IMG/VR virus record: IMGVR_UViG_3300033405_000062
Span: 1-29,054 of that record
Origin: a virus
Taxonomy: Duplodnaviria; Caudoviricetes
Length of the DNA: 29,054 nucleotides
Reading direction: 5' to 3' (one strand)
Part shown: positions 1 through 9,598 of the stretch, piece by piece
Position numbering within the stretch: the stretch's first letter is position 1
How the letters are laid out: each line of letters begins with the position of its first letter
Notes under the pieces: generated by a model
The model's database searches: none
What the model was told of the DNA's origin: nothing
The model's input: only the letters and a program-made list of their open reading frames with translations
Translations under genes and position numbers: made by a program

Positions 1-125
1 GACATTCCCAACGATTATGCAGCTAGAAATGGGTCGTTCTGTGCCTTGTCCTGCCCAAGGAGCCTCTAACTTACTTGGTTACGCGACTACGTTCCTTGGA
101 AGCCACTGTTTTTTGAAAGAGGCTC
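1..125. mobile_element. Probable insertion-sequence terminus interrupting the neck-like gene
   Basis: The phage protein appears to lose coherence after ...DSSGLIKV, where the minus strand reads GAGCCTCTTTCAAAAAAC, resembling IS5/IS1182-type ends. The segment length (~125-127 bp) mirrors the right edge. Confidence 0.4.
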
Positions 126-904
126 ACCTTTATGAGCCCCGAGGAATCGGCCTTTGGATACATGTGGACGACGCCCTTACGGTGATCGATGCGAAGCCAG
201 GGCATAAGGTCGAGGACTTTCTGCCCCGTGATCGTGTAGAGGTCTAGTCGCTGCACGGAGGCGATGGGCCGCCGCTTCAAATTTATTCGGCCGCCTGCGT
301 TCCAGTTTTTTCTGTGATAATAGTAGGCATCCTCGAGCTCATCGTATTGCGCATCGGGCGCCACGTCGTCGGCGCATACGATTACGCAAGGCAGGATGGT
401 CCAGTTCAGGGCGTGCTCAAATTCCGCCGTGGCGTTTTTTATCATGCCTGTTATCTGGGCATTCGTAAACTGCGCTCCGCTCGCCGAGGTGAAGGGAACA
501 CCCCACATGTAGGTGGAACGAATGTCTTCGGCCGTGAGAACCTCGCCGAACTCGCCTTTGGGAACGGTGTAGTTCCCCAGGGTCCAGCCGACCTTTTCGG
601 AGGATGAAGAAGCCACCCTCCCCCATTCACTAATTTCGTAGGCCGAATATGTTTTATTCCCCAAGGTATCAGTATAAACCACGCGATAGCGATATTGATA
701 AAGACCCGCGGCAAGAGAGTAATCGGAGAGCCGGTTAGAAACTACGACGACGCCCGGAGACATCCACGCCGAACCATTCCATGGAGCCCATGCGATGCTA
801 TCGGATTGTCTTTCGATCGAGTAACCCGAAAAGTTTGCATCGGCACTATGGTCGGTCAGCGCGAGGAGTACATCAGAATTAACGAACGTCGCCGTTATAG
901 ACAT
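71..904 (-). CDS. Putative head-tail connector/neck protein with an N-terminal beta-rich domain; C-terminus probably truncated at ~126
   Basis: Second gene after the capsid gene. Motifs DIRSTYMWGVPF and GRINLKRRPIASVQRL resemble head-completion proteins of SPO1/Twort-like myoviruses. Confidence 0.55.
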   Translation of the reverse strand: MSITATFVNSDVLLALTDHSADANFSGYSIERQSDSIAWAPWNGSAWMSPGVVVVSNRLSDYSLAAGLYQYRYRVVYTDTLGNKTYSAYEISEWGRVASSSSEKVGWTLGNYTVPKGEFGEVLTAEDIRSTYMWGVPFTSASGAQFTNAQITGMIKNATAEFEHALNWTILPCVIVCADDVAPDAQYDELEDAYYYHRKNWNAGGRINLKRRPIASVQRLDLYTITGQKVLDLMPWLRIDHRKGVVHMYPKADSSGLIKVSLFQKTVASKERSRVTK

Positions 905-916
905 TCAGAGAGCCTT

Positions 917-1204
917 TTACTTCACGGTCCAAGGATGCCAGAGGACGAGAAGACTCTTACCCGTGGTGGCCGCCGTTCCCGTAATAACCGCATCGGCGGT
1001 GATGGAGAACTCCGAGGTTACGTCCGTGCTGTCGGTTAAATCGATAACCGAAATGAGTTCGTCCTCGGAGAGAATGGCGGATACCGCGATTGCCCCCGCC
1101 GCCGCTCCGGGGACAATCGTCATGCGAACGAGCGGAGACTTGATGAGCATCTTGGAAAATACTGGGAACGCGCGGATAAGTCGCTTCTTGTACGAAATAG
1201 CCAT
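917..1204 (-). CDS. Small virion-associated protein (possible head decoration protein), 95 aa
   Basis: GAGGAG RBS; directly follows the capsid gene; has an LIKS motif near the N-terminus. Confidence 0.6.
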   Translation of the reverse strand: MAISYKKRLIRAFPVFSKMLIKSPLVRMTIVPGAAAGAIAVSAILSEDELISVIDLTDSTDVTSEFSITADAVITGTAATTGKSLLVLWHPWTVK

Positions 1205-1226
1205 GTAGAACTCCTCGTTAGGAATA

Positions 1227-1250
1227 GGGCCGCCCCTCGCGAGGCGGCCC
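1227..1250 (-). terminator. GC-rich hairpin after the capsid gene (weak terminator or processing site)
   Basis: GGGCCGCC...GGCGGCCC 8-bp stem; poor U-tract. Confidence 0.4.
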
Positions 1251-1276
1251 CTTGTTGTTCACTTCCTCCCGTTCGT

Positions 1277-2689
1277 CTAGAACCAGCCGAGGCCAGAGGG
1301 CGAGACGTTGCGGATAATGCCGTGATACCAGGGGACTTTGCAGTCCGGCGTGCCGAACATGACGATGAGGAAGGGGATGATCGCCGACAGGGTCGGGAAC
1401 AAGTCGAACTTCATCGCGGGGAGGAACGAGTCCCACTGGATGCTCGGGGTAACCCCGTCGTAGGAGAGGAGGATCACATCGCCCGTGCCCGGAAGCACCG
1501 CGTTAAGATCCACGAAGGTGACGGCGGAAGTGCCACCCGCGCAGCGACCAATCTCGCGGAGATCAGTGGTCGCGCCCTTTTGGCCACGGCAGATGATATA
1601 GCCGGTTCCGGGGACGGTCGGGTCTGGGGTAATGGTAAGGGAAACGCCCTCGCCCGCCGTGACGGGGACAGTGGCGACAACCGATGCGCCAGAGATACCA
1701 TCCTCGGAAACTGCGTGGACCTCATAGGTGTAGCTCGCGGCGTCGGCCGCGACGAACTTAGAAGCGGCGTTCACGGCCGCGACACCGACAATGGTCGGCG
1801 CATTGGGGCGCGTGGAAGCGAGGCCCATAGCGGAGACTCCGTTGCGGCAGAAGAACATCTTGTCCGGACCCGCGTCATCGCCCGCGATTTTGATCGCATC
1901 GGAGAATGGTGTCGGATAGCGCTCGATGACGCCCGTGCCCTTGGTGTCGTCGGTGCCGAAGCGCAGGCGATCCTTAACGACATCCTGCAAGTCGGCCGCG
2001 AGGAGCGTCGGCATGAACGCATGGGTAGCGTAGCCGCCGTTATCGTAGATCATGCGGGCGCAATCTTTGAGGGCCGCCTCGCCTGCATTCTGCAAGGTCT
2101 GCCCGCGCAGATCCGAGATATTCTTGGACCCATTGGGGCCAGCCGACGCCATGATCTGCGTCGATACGCTGTCGAATTGCGTGGGGGACGACGCGGAGTC
2201 GCCATGGAAGCATCCGTACTCAGCGCCCTTGAGAATGGTCAGGATGCCAGCCTCTTGCTCCGTCGCCTCGGCGTTCTCGAGAGTCTTCGCGACGCGCATT
2301 TGCAGAGTGATCTGCCTGTACGTCTGCATATACTTGACCAGGCGGGTCACGCGCTCGATGGTCTGAGAGGTATCCCGCGCGTTGCCACCCTCAGAGCCGA
2401 AGATGAGCTGATAAAGACCAGCGTCATCGCGGCGGGTATACTCGTGGACCGTCGACCCTACCTTCTCGTTCTTGAGAAGGTTCATCATCTTGAAATCGGC
2501 CTTCTTCACCGCGAGGGCGTTAATTACCGACTTCTCGATATCCTGGGGGATTAGGGCACGTCCGCCGGTCATCGTTGCGGAGTCAGTACCGTACCCCGCT
2601 TCGAGGGCCTTCATCAGCTCACCGCCGATGGCCTCGCCAAATCCTACTTGGCCGACCTGGCCAACGTTGCTACCGTCAAAGAGACCCAT
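1277..2689 (-). CDS. Major capsid protein (Herelleviridae/SPO1-Twort-like type), 470 aa
   Basis: N-terminal LMKALEAGYGTDSATMTGGRAL and STVHEY motifs, AEYGCFHGDS and QFDSV; size and position after the protease; GAGGAG RBS. Confidence 0.88.
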   Translation of the reverse strand: MGLFDGSNVGQVGQVGFGEAIGGELMKALEAGYGTDSATMTGGRALIPQDIEKSVINALAVKKADFKMMNLLKNEKVGSTVHEYTRRDDAGLYQLIFGSEGGNARDTSQTIERVTRLVKYMQTYRQITLQMRVAKTLENAEATEQEAGILTILKGAEYGCFHGDSASSPTQFDSVSTQIMASAGPNGSKNISDLRGQTLQNAGEAALKDCARMIYDNGGYATHAFMPTLLAADLQDVVKDRLRFGTDDTKGTGVIERYPTPFSDAIKIAGDDAGPDKMFFCRNGVSAMGLASTRPNAPTIVGVAAVNAASKFVAADAASYTYEVHAVSEDGISGASVVATVPVTAGEGVSLTITPDPTVPGTGYIICRGQKGATTDLREIGRCAGGTSAVTFVDLNAVLPGTGDVILLSYDGVTPSIQWDSFLPAMKFDLFPTLSAIIPFLIVMFGTPDCKVPWYHGIIRNVSPSGLGWF

Positions 2690-2715
2690 ATTGTGCTCTC
2701 CTCACCTTTCTTGCT

Positions 2716-4170
2716 TTACAGAGACTTGACGAGAGCCATAGTGCCCTCGTCGAGCGGAATACCCTTCGCAATACGATTCTCGATGAGAACGGAGGCGTGA
2801 TAGTCCAGCTTGTGGTCTCTCACCGCCGCGCCCACCTTGGCGCTAATCTCGGCCGGACTCAGATCGCCGGCCGCCGCCGCACCCTCGAGGGCCTTCCCGA
2901 ACCGACCATTGCGGTCGATCACGGATTTACGCATGGCGGGAATCTCGGAAATGCTCTTGAGCATGATCGATGATTGAAGCTGGGCGTTGCCGATCGACTT
3001 GAGGAGCGCGCTTTGCTCGGAAACGAGCTTGCGCAGCTTCTTGTTCTCGGCGTGGACATCCTGGATGCTTTTTGACATCGCGGAAAGGATGGGAGACACG
3101 TCGAGGAACTCCTCGCCTTCGAGGGGAGGCTCGGGCTCGACCGACTTCTTTACTTTCGCGGGAGGAGCAGCAGGCGGCAACTCATCGCTACCCTCGCCTA
3201 GGCCGTCCTCGCCTTCATCATCGTCGCCATCGGGATCGTCCTCACCCTCGGGCTTTCCCTTCCCTTTCGGAGCAGGGGCCGGAGCGGGCGCCTGCTTAGG
3301 ATCGAAGCCGAGAGCTTTCTGGAGCTCTTCGATAGAATCGTCAAAGGACTTCGCTAGATCGCCGTCCATCTTGAAAACCTCGCTAAATTGTTTCCGACGG
3401 CTCACCAATTCCCGCAGGATATCGGTAGCCTCGTTATCTTTGATGCCATATTCTGCGAGCAGCTTGGCCGCAGCGTCTGGCGTCCCAACATCGCCAACGG
3501 CGACGGCAGTAACCAATGCGTGAATGCCTTTCTTGCGCCCCTTGGCGCCTTCGAGATCCTGGGTCACAAGAGCGGCGCCCCCGGTCGCAGTAGCGGAATC
3601 GGTGGAATATCCGGCCTCGAGGGACTTAACAAAGGCAAAGGAGGAAAGCGCGACAGGCGAGAGCGTTTGATTGACCGGCTTATAGGTCATCGCGAGCTCG
3701 TCCCAAAGGACACCCGTCACTTTGCCAACCACCCGGCCGAAACGACCATCGAAGGATTTATTCTCGATCGGCTTTCGGCCACCAACGCTCGTATGGATGA
3801 TCGTTGATCCGTCTTCAAGCTTTTTTACGATGTCCTCGGCGATATCATTGCCCTTATAGAGGATCGCCTTTACGAAGGTCCGAGAGCCGCGCTTTTCTAC
3901 CGATAGCGGCTCGCCAATTATGTAGCGCGGGTCAGTAATGACCGATCCATCCTCGCCCTTCCTCTGATGAAGATGGTCCCAGGAAATAACCCCGTTATCG
4001 AGGAAATACTTCTTAGAATCGAGGAGCGCCCGTTGAAGAACGATCTGCCCTTGAAAGTCTAGGTTCTCATTCGACGCCTCGGCCTCGATGATGTAATTCC
4101 CCTTGGCATCCGTCTGGATCGCCTTAGAAAGGGAAAGGTCGAGATATATGCGGTCATCGAAAAAATCCAT
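2716..4170 (-). CDS. Prohead protease fused to an acidic/coiled-coil scaffold-like region, 484 aa
   Basis: Start reassigned to ATG 4170 (GAGGAG RBS). Motifs ASNENLDFQGQIV, ISWDH, IIGEP, SVGG and ELAMTYKPVN are typical of HK97-type/Herelleviridae prohead proteases. The C-terminal half is acidic, Pro-rich and coiled-coil-like. Confidence 0.82.
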   Translation of the reverse strand: MDFFDDRIYLDLSLSKAIQTDAKGNYIIEAEASNENLDFQGQIVLQRALLDSKKYFLDNGVISWDHLHQRKGEDGSVITDPRYIIGEPLSVEKRGSRTFVKAILYKGNDIAEDIVKKLEDGSTIIHTSVGGRKPIENKSFDGRFGRVVGKVTGVLWDELAMTYKPVNQTLSPVALSSFAFVKSLEAGYSTDSATATGGAALVTQDLEGAKGRKKGIHALVTAVAVGDVGTPDAAAKLLAEYGIKDNEATDILRELVSRRKQFSEVFKMDGDLAKSFDDSIEELQKALGFDPKQAPAPAPAPKGKGKPEGEDDPDGDDDEGEDGLGEGSDELPPAAPPAKVKKSVEPEPPLEGEEFLDVSPILSAMSKSIQDVHAENKKLRKLVSEQSALLKSIGNAQLQSSIMLKSISEIPAMRKSVIDRNGRFGKALEGAAAAGDLSPAEISAKVGAAVRDHKLDYHASVLIENRIAKGIPLDEGTMALVKSL

Positions 4171-4188
4171 AGAACTCCTCGGAGCAAT

Positions 4189-4238
4189 AAAAAAGGGCGC
4201 GGAGGTTAGCCGGTTTCCCGGTAAACCCTCGCGCCCTT
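4189..4238 (-). terminator. Long hairpin with U-tract immediately upstream of the protease RBS
   Basis: AAGGGCGCG-AGGGTT-TA-CCGG-GAAA-CCGG-CT-AACCTC-CGCGCCCTT-TTTT on the minus strand. Confidence 0.65.
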
Positions 4239-4310
4239 CTGAATGGGGCCAGACCAACAATAGTAGACAGCCGATCCTACCACGGACCCGAGCCACACCC
4301 ACCTCTATTC

Positions 4311-4339
4311 ATTATCTAAGCGCTAAAAATAAAAATCAA
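4311..4339 (-). promoter_or_regulatory. Putative sigma70-type promoter upstream of protease/capsid
   Basis: TTGATT-N17-GATAAT in an AT-rich intergenic patch. Confidence 0.45.
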
Positions 4340-4353
4340 TCGAATAATAGAAA

Positions 4354-4575
4354 TCAATTACCGTCGCGGAGCCTGCGCAATGAGTCGGCCTGCTTGGCGA
4401 GAACAAGCGCGCCCGCAGAGCTATCATCGTCTACACGTTTAGACAATGCCGCTTCCACGGGCGGGAGCCACGCCCCGGCCCTGGATTTAATAGCTTCATG
4501 GACTGCATCGATGTGCCTGCCCATGGCTGTTGTTTTAGCCATAGCCTCATAAATACCCTTCGCCTCGTCCATCAT
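4354..4575 (-). CDS. Hypothetical protein, 73 aa
   Basis: ATGA overlap with the upstream SNF2 gene; GGGAG RBS. Confidence 0.6.
   Translation of the reverse strand: MMDEAKGIYEAMAKTTAMGRHIDAVHEAIKSRAGAWLPPVEAALSKRVDDDSSAGALVLAKQADSLRRLRDGN
4428..4445. repeat. 18-bp quasi-palindrome copy 1 (CGTCTACACGTTTAGACA), inside a CDS
   Basis: Matches the consensus TGTCTA(A/C)ACGTTTAGACA. Confidence 0.85.
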
Positions 4576-7500
4576 GCCGCTCCCTTCTCTTCCTCAGTCC
4601 CATTATTGATTCGCTCTTGCCGTGCCGAGGCAACACGGGCGGCGATCCCGGAATCCTCAAGTGAGCCCGGATCGGTCTCAAAGATCGCGCCTAGCCTCGC
4701 CTTGCGCTGTATCCGGTCCCATTTCTCAGCTTCGTGCCCGGTGTTCGTTACAAGATCGTGGTAGTCTATCTCGTCATGAGCCTGCCCGAAGCGGTCTATG
4801 CGTCCTTCCCGCTGTTCCTTGACCCACGCGGTCTGAGGGAGGTCATAATTGACGAGATATTTCGCGTTTTGCAGGTTGAGACCTGTCGCGCCCGCGTCGG
4901 AGAGTACAACGAGGTCATATTTCCGATCTTCCGGCCTTGACGGATGGAACCCAACCTTGATCTTTTCTTTCTCGGCTCCCGACATTGTGCCGGTTATGAC
5001 GCCGACGCGAAGGCCCTTCTTAGCCATGGCTACCCGTATCGCTTCGACAGAGGCCAGATTATGCGCGAAGACGACACCGGGCGCCCGGTCCCCGGCCTTA
5101 GCATTGTTCTTCTCGTTGGCCTCGGCGTAGCACTTTGATTCTATTATCTCGCCGAGCTTGTTCATTTTCGCGTTGTCCCCGTCGAAAGTATTCACGACCC
5201 TGTTGAGCGCTTCCTCTTTTATCGTGCCCGCCGCCTGCTGTACGCGCTTGGCGATCGACTCGTAATCGCTCTCGGGCTTCCCGTCGAAGCTATGCGGGGA
5301 AAGGACTCGTACCGCGTCGACATCGACTGTTCCGGCCCTGTTCGCCCTTGAGCAGCGCCGAAAAGCCGCCTCGACTTCGGCATACGCTTGTTTCTGATCG
5401 TCGGACAGATTGATTGATTCTTTTGTCCGGTTTTTCTTGATGCCTGTTTCCGTTGGACTCGCATAGCAATATCGACCGACCAGGCGTTGCAATGATTCTT
5501 TATCGAAATCAGAATCGACGCCATAGCGCTTGATGAAGCCGTTCCTGTCGGAAAATTTATCCGGCGCGACTTTATGGAGCATGTCGAAGGCTTCCGAGAT
5601 ATCATTCTTGACCGGCGTCGCTGTTTGATTCATGAAGTAGGGAGTATTGGCATTGAGCGCGTCTATAACGTTAGCCAGAGACGAGTCATCCTTGCCTTTC
5701 CTGTTTGACGTGTAGTGGGCCTCGTCCACGGTGAGCATGTCGAAGGTTATTCCCTCATCCTTGAGCGTTTCCCCGAGATAGCTCGCCCGGTCCTTGGGAG
5801 ACATTGCCTCAAAGGAGGCCTTAGTCTCGTCCTCGCTCTTGTCCATACGTTTAGACATAAGGTACACGAGATCGTCCCTGAGTGATTGATGCGTCATCAC
5901 ACACATATGGTTACCGGACGTATCGCGCATTGCCGATATCCGTTCGTCCCGAGATAGGGCAGGGTCCGACGATACCTTATATTTCCCCGGAGTGCAGAAC
6001 ACATTCACTTCCCCGCCAAATTGCATTTGGACCACCGAGGGGACAGCGAATATTGCGCGCTTAGCTTTCCCTTGAGCGTTTAGGTCCGTGAAGGAACCTA
6101 TCGACATAATCGTTTTCCCCTTGCCCGTACCGAAAGTCAGGTTCATTCGTTTCGTGCGCTCGAACATTTTTATGGCGCGCTGCCGCTCGCCGGAGGCTTG
6201 CATGGTTGAGACTGCGAACTTCTGGCCGCGTAATTGATTCTGTGCGAGTTCGGGAAGCATCGAGGCGAGCTGAGACTCGGCCCTAGCACCGATGGATAGC
6301 CGCTTCGTTCCATCGTCCTGTTCGAGCTCGGCATCATCGAACATTGAACCCTGGGCTGACTGAGCCGCGCGTTCCTTAGCCATATACTCGATTGCCTTCT
6401 CGCGCCATGAGCCGGCAGCGAACTTCCCACCCGAACGATTAGCCACGGTCGCGCCCGCAGATGCCAATTCGGCCTGCACTTTGTTTATGATGGAATCGCG
6501 CTCAGTTTTCCCAAGCATTCCAAGCCGATGCGCCCCCGCCTCCGCTATGTCCGACTGCTTGACCGCGAGGGCCTTCTTGGCTACGCGGCGATAATTGTCT
6601 GAAAACTTCGAAAGGAAATTGCCCTTTATCGAATCCATGACGGCGGCCTGAGCTCTCCCGGTGTCGCCGTGCATTCGCACATACTCGGCCCAGGGCGAAT
6701 CTTCATGGCGTTCCGCTGATTCTCCCGCCGCATATTCATCCTCGGATATGCCTGACATCCATTTATGATAATGGCCTTGAAGCTCTGCACCATAAAGGGC
6801 CTTGAGCTTTCCCGGCAATTCCGACTTCTTGCGCTCTATCTCTTGCGCGACTCTTTCGGAGCTTTCGGTTATTCTCCCGGCCGCCGAGTCCTCTTGCAGC
6901 GTCTTAATGTCGTCGAATAATTGGGCCGCCCCCTTCACGCGGGCGTGACCATCCTTATCGAGGTAGCTGTCTACATCGTCAGGCTTCACGAGGCAGATAG
7001 GCGGTGTGTCCTTATTCCCCCACATATCCTCAGTCGTCCGCTGAGTCATATCATCCTTGATCGCCTCGTAGGCCCCCGCCTCATCCCCGCCGTTCTGGGA
7101 AATAAAAGACTTCCAGGCCCCCGCATGAGTCTTCCCCTTCTCGCCCTGGAAACCCCTCACCGATTGCCGATCAGCCGTCGACCCCTTGTAGATATTGTTT
7201 TCCCAATAGCGCCGCAGATCGGTTTGTTGCGCGGGCGATAATTCATCGACCTTTGAGAACGCGAAAGCCCCCTCGGGAATCTCGCCAAGGGATCGGTGGG
7301 CCGCTTCCTGTGCCGCCTTCATCCCCTCGGCGTCGTCGGCGATCGATTGATTGTCGATATCCCCGGACGGAAGCGCAGCATTCTCGCCAGGATCTTCATA
7401 GGACTCGACGGGGCGACAGGCCAGGCCAGCGGGAAGCCAGCCGTCCTCGTCGTAGACGCCACGCTTGATATCGTCTATCTCTTGATCGAGATTTATCTCT

Positions 7501-9569
7501 TCCGGGTCAACCGCGTGGACGAGCTTATCTATCCCCGTCTTACTGATAGTCGCGATTCGATCGCCATTCACCGTCTCGATGGAATAATCGCCCTTATCGA
7601 GCCCGAGAGCCCTAAGACGCGTGACGGCATCCCCGGACGATATCGCCCCAAGGTTTGACTCGATCTTGTCGAGAGTCGCGCCGCCCTGGGCGACTTGCCC
7701 TAGCATTGCCGTAGATTCGAGTCGGCCAAGGGTCTGCCCAAGGATACGGTTTGATTCATCGAGATAATTACGACGCGCCTCGTTTAGCTCATTAAGCACA
7801 GTAAGGTCGTCAGGATTTTCAGCTTTCAGCTTGTCGATATCCGCGCGAACTTCCTCGGCTTTAGAAAGGAGCTCGGCTGATGTATCGACCGCCTGCCGTA
7901 CAAGCTCTTCACTTGTCTCCGAGTGATACGCCTTTATTCCTTCGACCGCATCGCCGAAGTCTTCCGGCGACATAGAATCGTGCATTACCTTCGACAGCAA
8001 TTGCGCCCCAGCGCGGACACCGAGAACATCAACCACGTCTCGGGAAATCATCGAATCTTTCAAAATGGAAAGCGAGGCGAGATTGAGCCCATCGTAATTC
8101 CCGTTCGCGATCCACTTCGAGGAGCCGTCAGGATTCGCCTTTATCTTGTCGAGGAGCGATCCGTTGACCTCGGCCTGCCGCTCACCCTCTAAGCGCTCGG
8201 CCTCGCGGGCAACATCATTCATGAAGCTCTCTACGGGAGCTACTTCACGGTCAAGGCACAGTCCGTCGCCCCAGGACATATCGACCCCGCTCTTCTCCGG
8301 CGTCGCTTCGTTGGCGTTCTCAATCTTCGCCATTTCTGATTTATACTCGTAGTATGCCTTGAGCACTTCGACCTTATTGTCGATATCGGTGACCTTGTTG
8401 GCGAGCCTGTCCCGTTCGTAAAACTCTCGCCTAATCTCTCCCTGGATTTTCTTTGTCTCAATCCCCTTCTTTACCATGTTCGCCAAGGTGGGATTCGAGA
8501 GCGCTATTTTCTCCATGCTCGCATCAAACAGTTCTTTCTTCTCAGCCGCGAGCGCTTCATCCGTTAGGCCGCCGTTTTTGGCAAGATTGCCATACTCGGT
8601 CTGGAACCCTTTCCCATTATTTGAATTGGTCGTGCGGATAACCTCATCGGCTTGTGTTCTGTCACCGAGCTTCGCTTCGATAAGACTGCGCACGGCCTCG
8701 TCGGCTACGGACTCTTCATGGATAGCGCGAACAGCCCCTCGCCCGGCTGCCACCATATTCGATTGTTGAGCCTTGAGGGCCTTCTCGTAGCCCTTATCGA
8801 TATTTTTAAGGTTCTTCTCAGCCGCTTTTATCTCTCCCTTGTCCTTGCCTTTTGTAGCGGCCTGTAGTTCGCGCTCGGCGACAGCGCGGCCCTCTTGGTA
8901 GCGTGCCGCAATCTCGTCGGTTCTATCGGCCCATCCAAGGAGCGATGCCATGCGTTTAGCGAAAGAGTTTTTGGTCTCGTTTTTTTGCGTCTTGATGACA
9001 GCTTCTTTCGACTTGGCCGCTTCTCGCCTCGCCTTCTCGTTTTCTCGAAGCACTTTGCGCTCGGCAGGCGTTAGCCCTACTTCGACCTTCTTCTTGTCAG
9101 CGCGCTCGACCTCACGCTCGGACTGCTCTTGCATGCGCCTCGCCCTTGTAGTCGCCTCGTAGTCTTCCTTGCTCTTTATATTGTCGAGCTTGAGCATGTT
9201 CAGCGCGCCATGGGCGCCCCCGACGACGTGAGCCTTCCCGCCAGAATCTTCCTGGATAATAACCGGAACGCCCTTCTCGTCTCTCCCGTTTGGATGCATC
9301 GTTATCCAACGCTGCCCCGCCCCGAGACTCGAGGCCGCCTTGGCGTGCGCGGCGGGGGATATCCCCGCTGGAATGGCCGCGCCGCTTCCCGTCGCCGATT
9401 GCGCCTTCGTGAACCTCGCCATGAGCGATAGGCTCTTGCGCATACGAAAATATTCACGAAGCGTCAACGGCTGATAGTCATCGGCCTCGAGGCGAAGCGT
9501 CTTGCTACCTTGATATTCGTCAACCGCTTCCCGAGAGTATGAGTATCCTTGAATCGAAAACAATTCCAT
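4572..9569 (-). CDS. Large (~1665 aa) protein with a C-terminal SNF2/SF2 helicase-ATPase; probable head-packaged polyvalent-type protein
   Basis: Walker A TFGTGKGKT, DEAH, QTATP, SDAGATGLNLQ, QREGRIDR. Start probably ATG 9569 (GGGGTAGGGGA upstream) rather than 9599. The ~1100-aa N-terminal region is helical and unassigned. Confidence 0.8.
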   Translation of the reverse strand: MELFSIQGYSYSREAVDEYQGSKTLRLEADDYQPLTLREYFRMRKSLSLMARFTKAQSATGSGAAIPAGISPAAHAKAASSLGAGQRWITMHPNGRDEKGVPVIIQEDSGGKAHVVGGAHGALNMLKLDNIKSKEDYEATTRARRMQEQSEREVERADKKKVEVGLTPAERKVLRENEKARREAAKSKEAVIKTQKNETKNSFAKRMASLLGWADRTDEIAARYQEGRAVAERELQAATKGKDKGEIKAAEKNLKNIDKGYEKALKAQQSNMVAAGRGAVRAIHEESVADEAVRSLIEAKLGDRTQADEVIRTTNSNNGKGFQTEYGNLAKNGGLTDEALAAEKKELFDASMEKIALSNPTLANMVKKGIETKKIQGEIRREFYERDRLANKVTDIDNKVEVLKAYYEYKSEMAKIENANEATPEKSGVDMSWGDGLCLDREVAPVESFMNDVAREAERLEGERQAEVNGSLLDKIKANPDGSSKWIANGNYDGLNLASLSILKDSMISRDVVDVLGVRAGAQLLSKVMHDSMSPEDFGDAVEGIKAYHSETSEELVRQAVDTSAELLSKAEEVRADIDKLKAENPDDLTVLNELNEARRNYLDESNRILGQTLGRLESTAMLGQVAQGGATLDKIESNLGAISSGDAVTRLRALGLDKGDYSIETVNGDRIATISKTGIDKLVHAVDPEEINLDQEIDDIKRGVYDEDGWLPAGLACRPVESYEDPGENAALPSGDIDNQSIADDAEGMKAAQEAAHRSLGEIPEGAFAFSKVDELSPAQQTDLRRYWENNIYKGSTADRQSVRGFQGEKGKTHAGAWKSFISQNGGDEAGAYEAIKDDMTQRTTEDMWGNKDTPPICLVKPDDVDSYLDKDGHARVKGAAQLFDDIKTLQEDSAAGRITESSERVAQEIERKKSELPGKLKALYGAELQGHYHKWMSGISEDEYAAGESAERHEDSPWAEYVRMHGDTGRAQAAVMDSIKGNFLSKFSDNYRRVAKKALAVKQSDIAEAGAHRLGMLGKTERDSIINKVQAELASAGATVANRSGGKFAAGSWREKAIEYMAKERAAQSAQGSMFDDAELEQDDGTKRLSIGARAESQLASMLPELAQNQLRGQKFAVSTMQASGERQRAIKMFERTKRMNLTFGTGKGKTIMSIGSFTDLNAQGKAKRAIFAVPSVVQMQFGGEVNVFCTPGKYKVSSDPALSRDERISAMRDTSGNHMCVMTHQSLRDDLVYLMSKRMDKSEDETKASFEAMSPKDRASYLGETLKDEGITFDMLTVDEAHYTSNRKGKDDSSLANVIDALNANTPYFMNQTATPVKNDISEAFDMLHKVAPDKFSDRNGFIKRYGVDSDFDKESLQRLVGRYCYASPTETGIKKNRTKESINLSDDQKQAYAEVEAAFRRCSRANRAGTVDVDAVRVLSPHSFDGKPESDYESIAKRVQQAAGTIKEEALNRVVNTFDGDNAKMNKLGEIIESKCYAEANEKNNAKAGDRAPGVVFAHNLASVEAIRVAMAKKGLRVGVITGTMSGAEKEKIKVGFHPSRPEDRKYDLVVLSDAGATGLNLQNAKYLVNYDLPQTAWVKEQREGRIDRFGQAHDEIDYHDLVTNTGHEAEKWDRIQRKARLGAIFETDPGSLEDSGIAARVASARQERINNGTEEEKGAA
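5840..5857. repeat. 18-bp quasi-palindrome copy 2 (TGTCCATACGTTTAGACA), inside a CDS
   Basis: Shares the invariant CGTTTAGACA. Confidence 0.7.
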
Positions 9570-9580
9570 TCCCCTACCCC

Positions 9581-9598
9581 TGTCTACGCGTTTAGACA
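9581..9598. repeat. 18-bp quasi-palindrome copy 3 (TGTCTACGCGTTTAGACA), overlapping the InPase stop codon
   Basis: Shares the invariant CGTTTAGACA. Confidence 0.85.

Noticed and set aside
2243-2255. GATGCCAGCCTCT in the capsid gene as a self-target of the 19-nt pseudo-spacer
   Set aside because: Only 12/13 match over part of the spacer and no TTC PAM; compatible with chance.
1322-2554. 410-aa plus-strand ORF and many other plus-strand ORFs opposite phage genes
   Set aside because: Antisense shadows of GC-rich minus-strand genes; no recognisable motifs.
4171-4302. 44-aa N-terminal extension of the protease in the ORF track
   Set aside because: Spans the structured leader/terminator; a strong RBS precedes ATG 4170.
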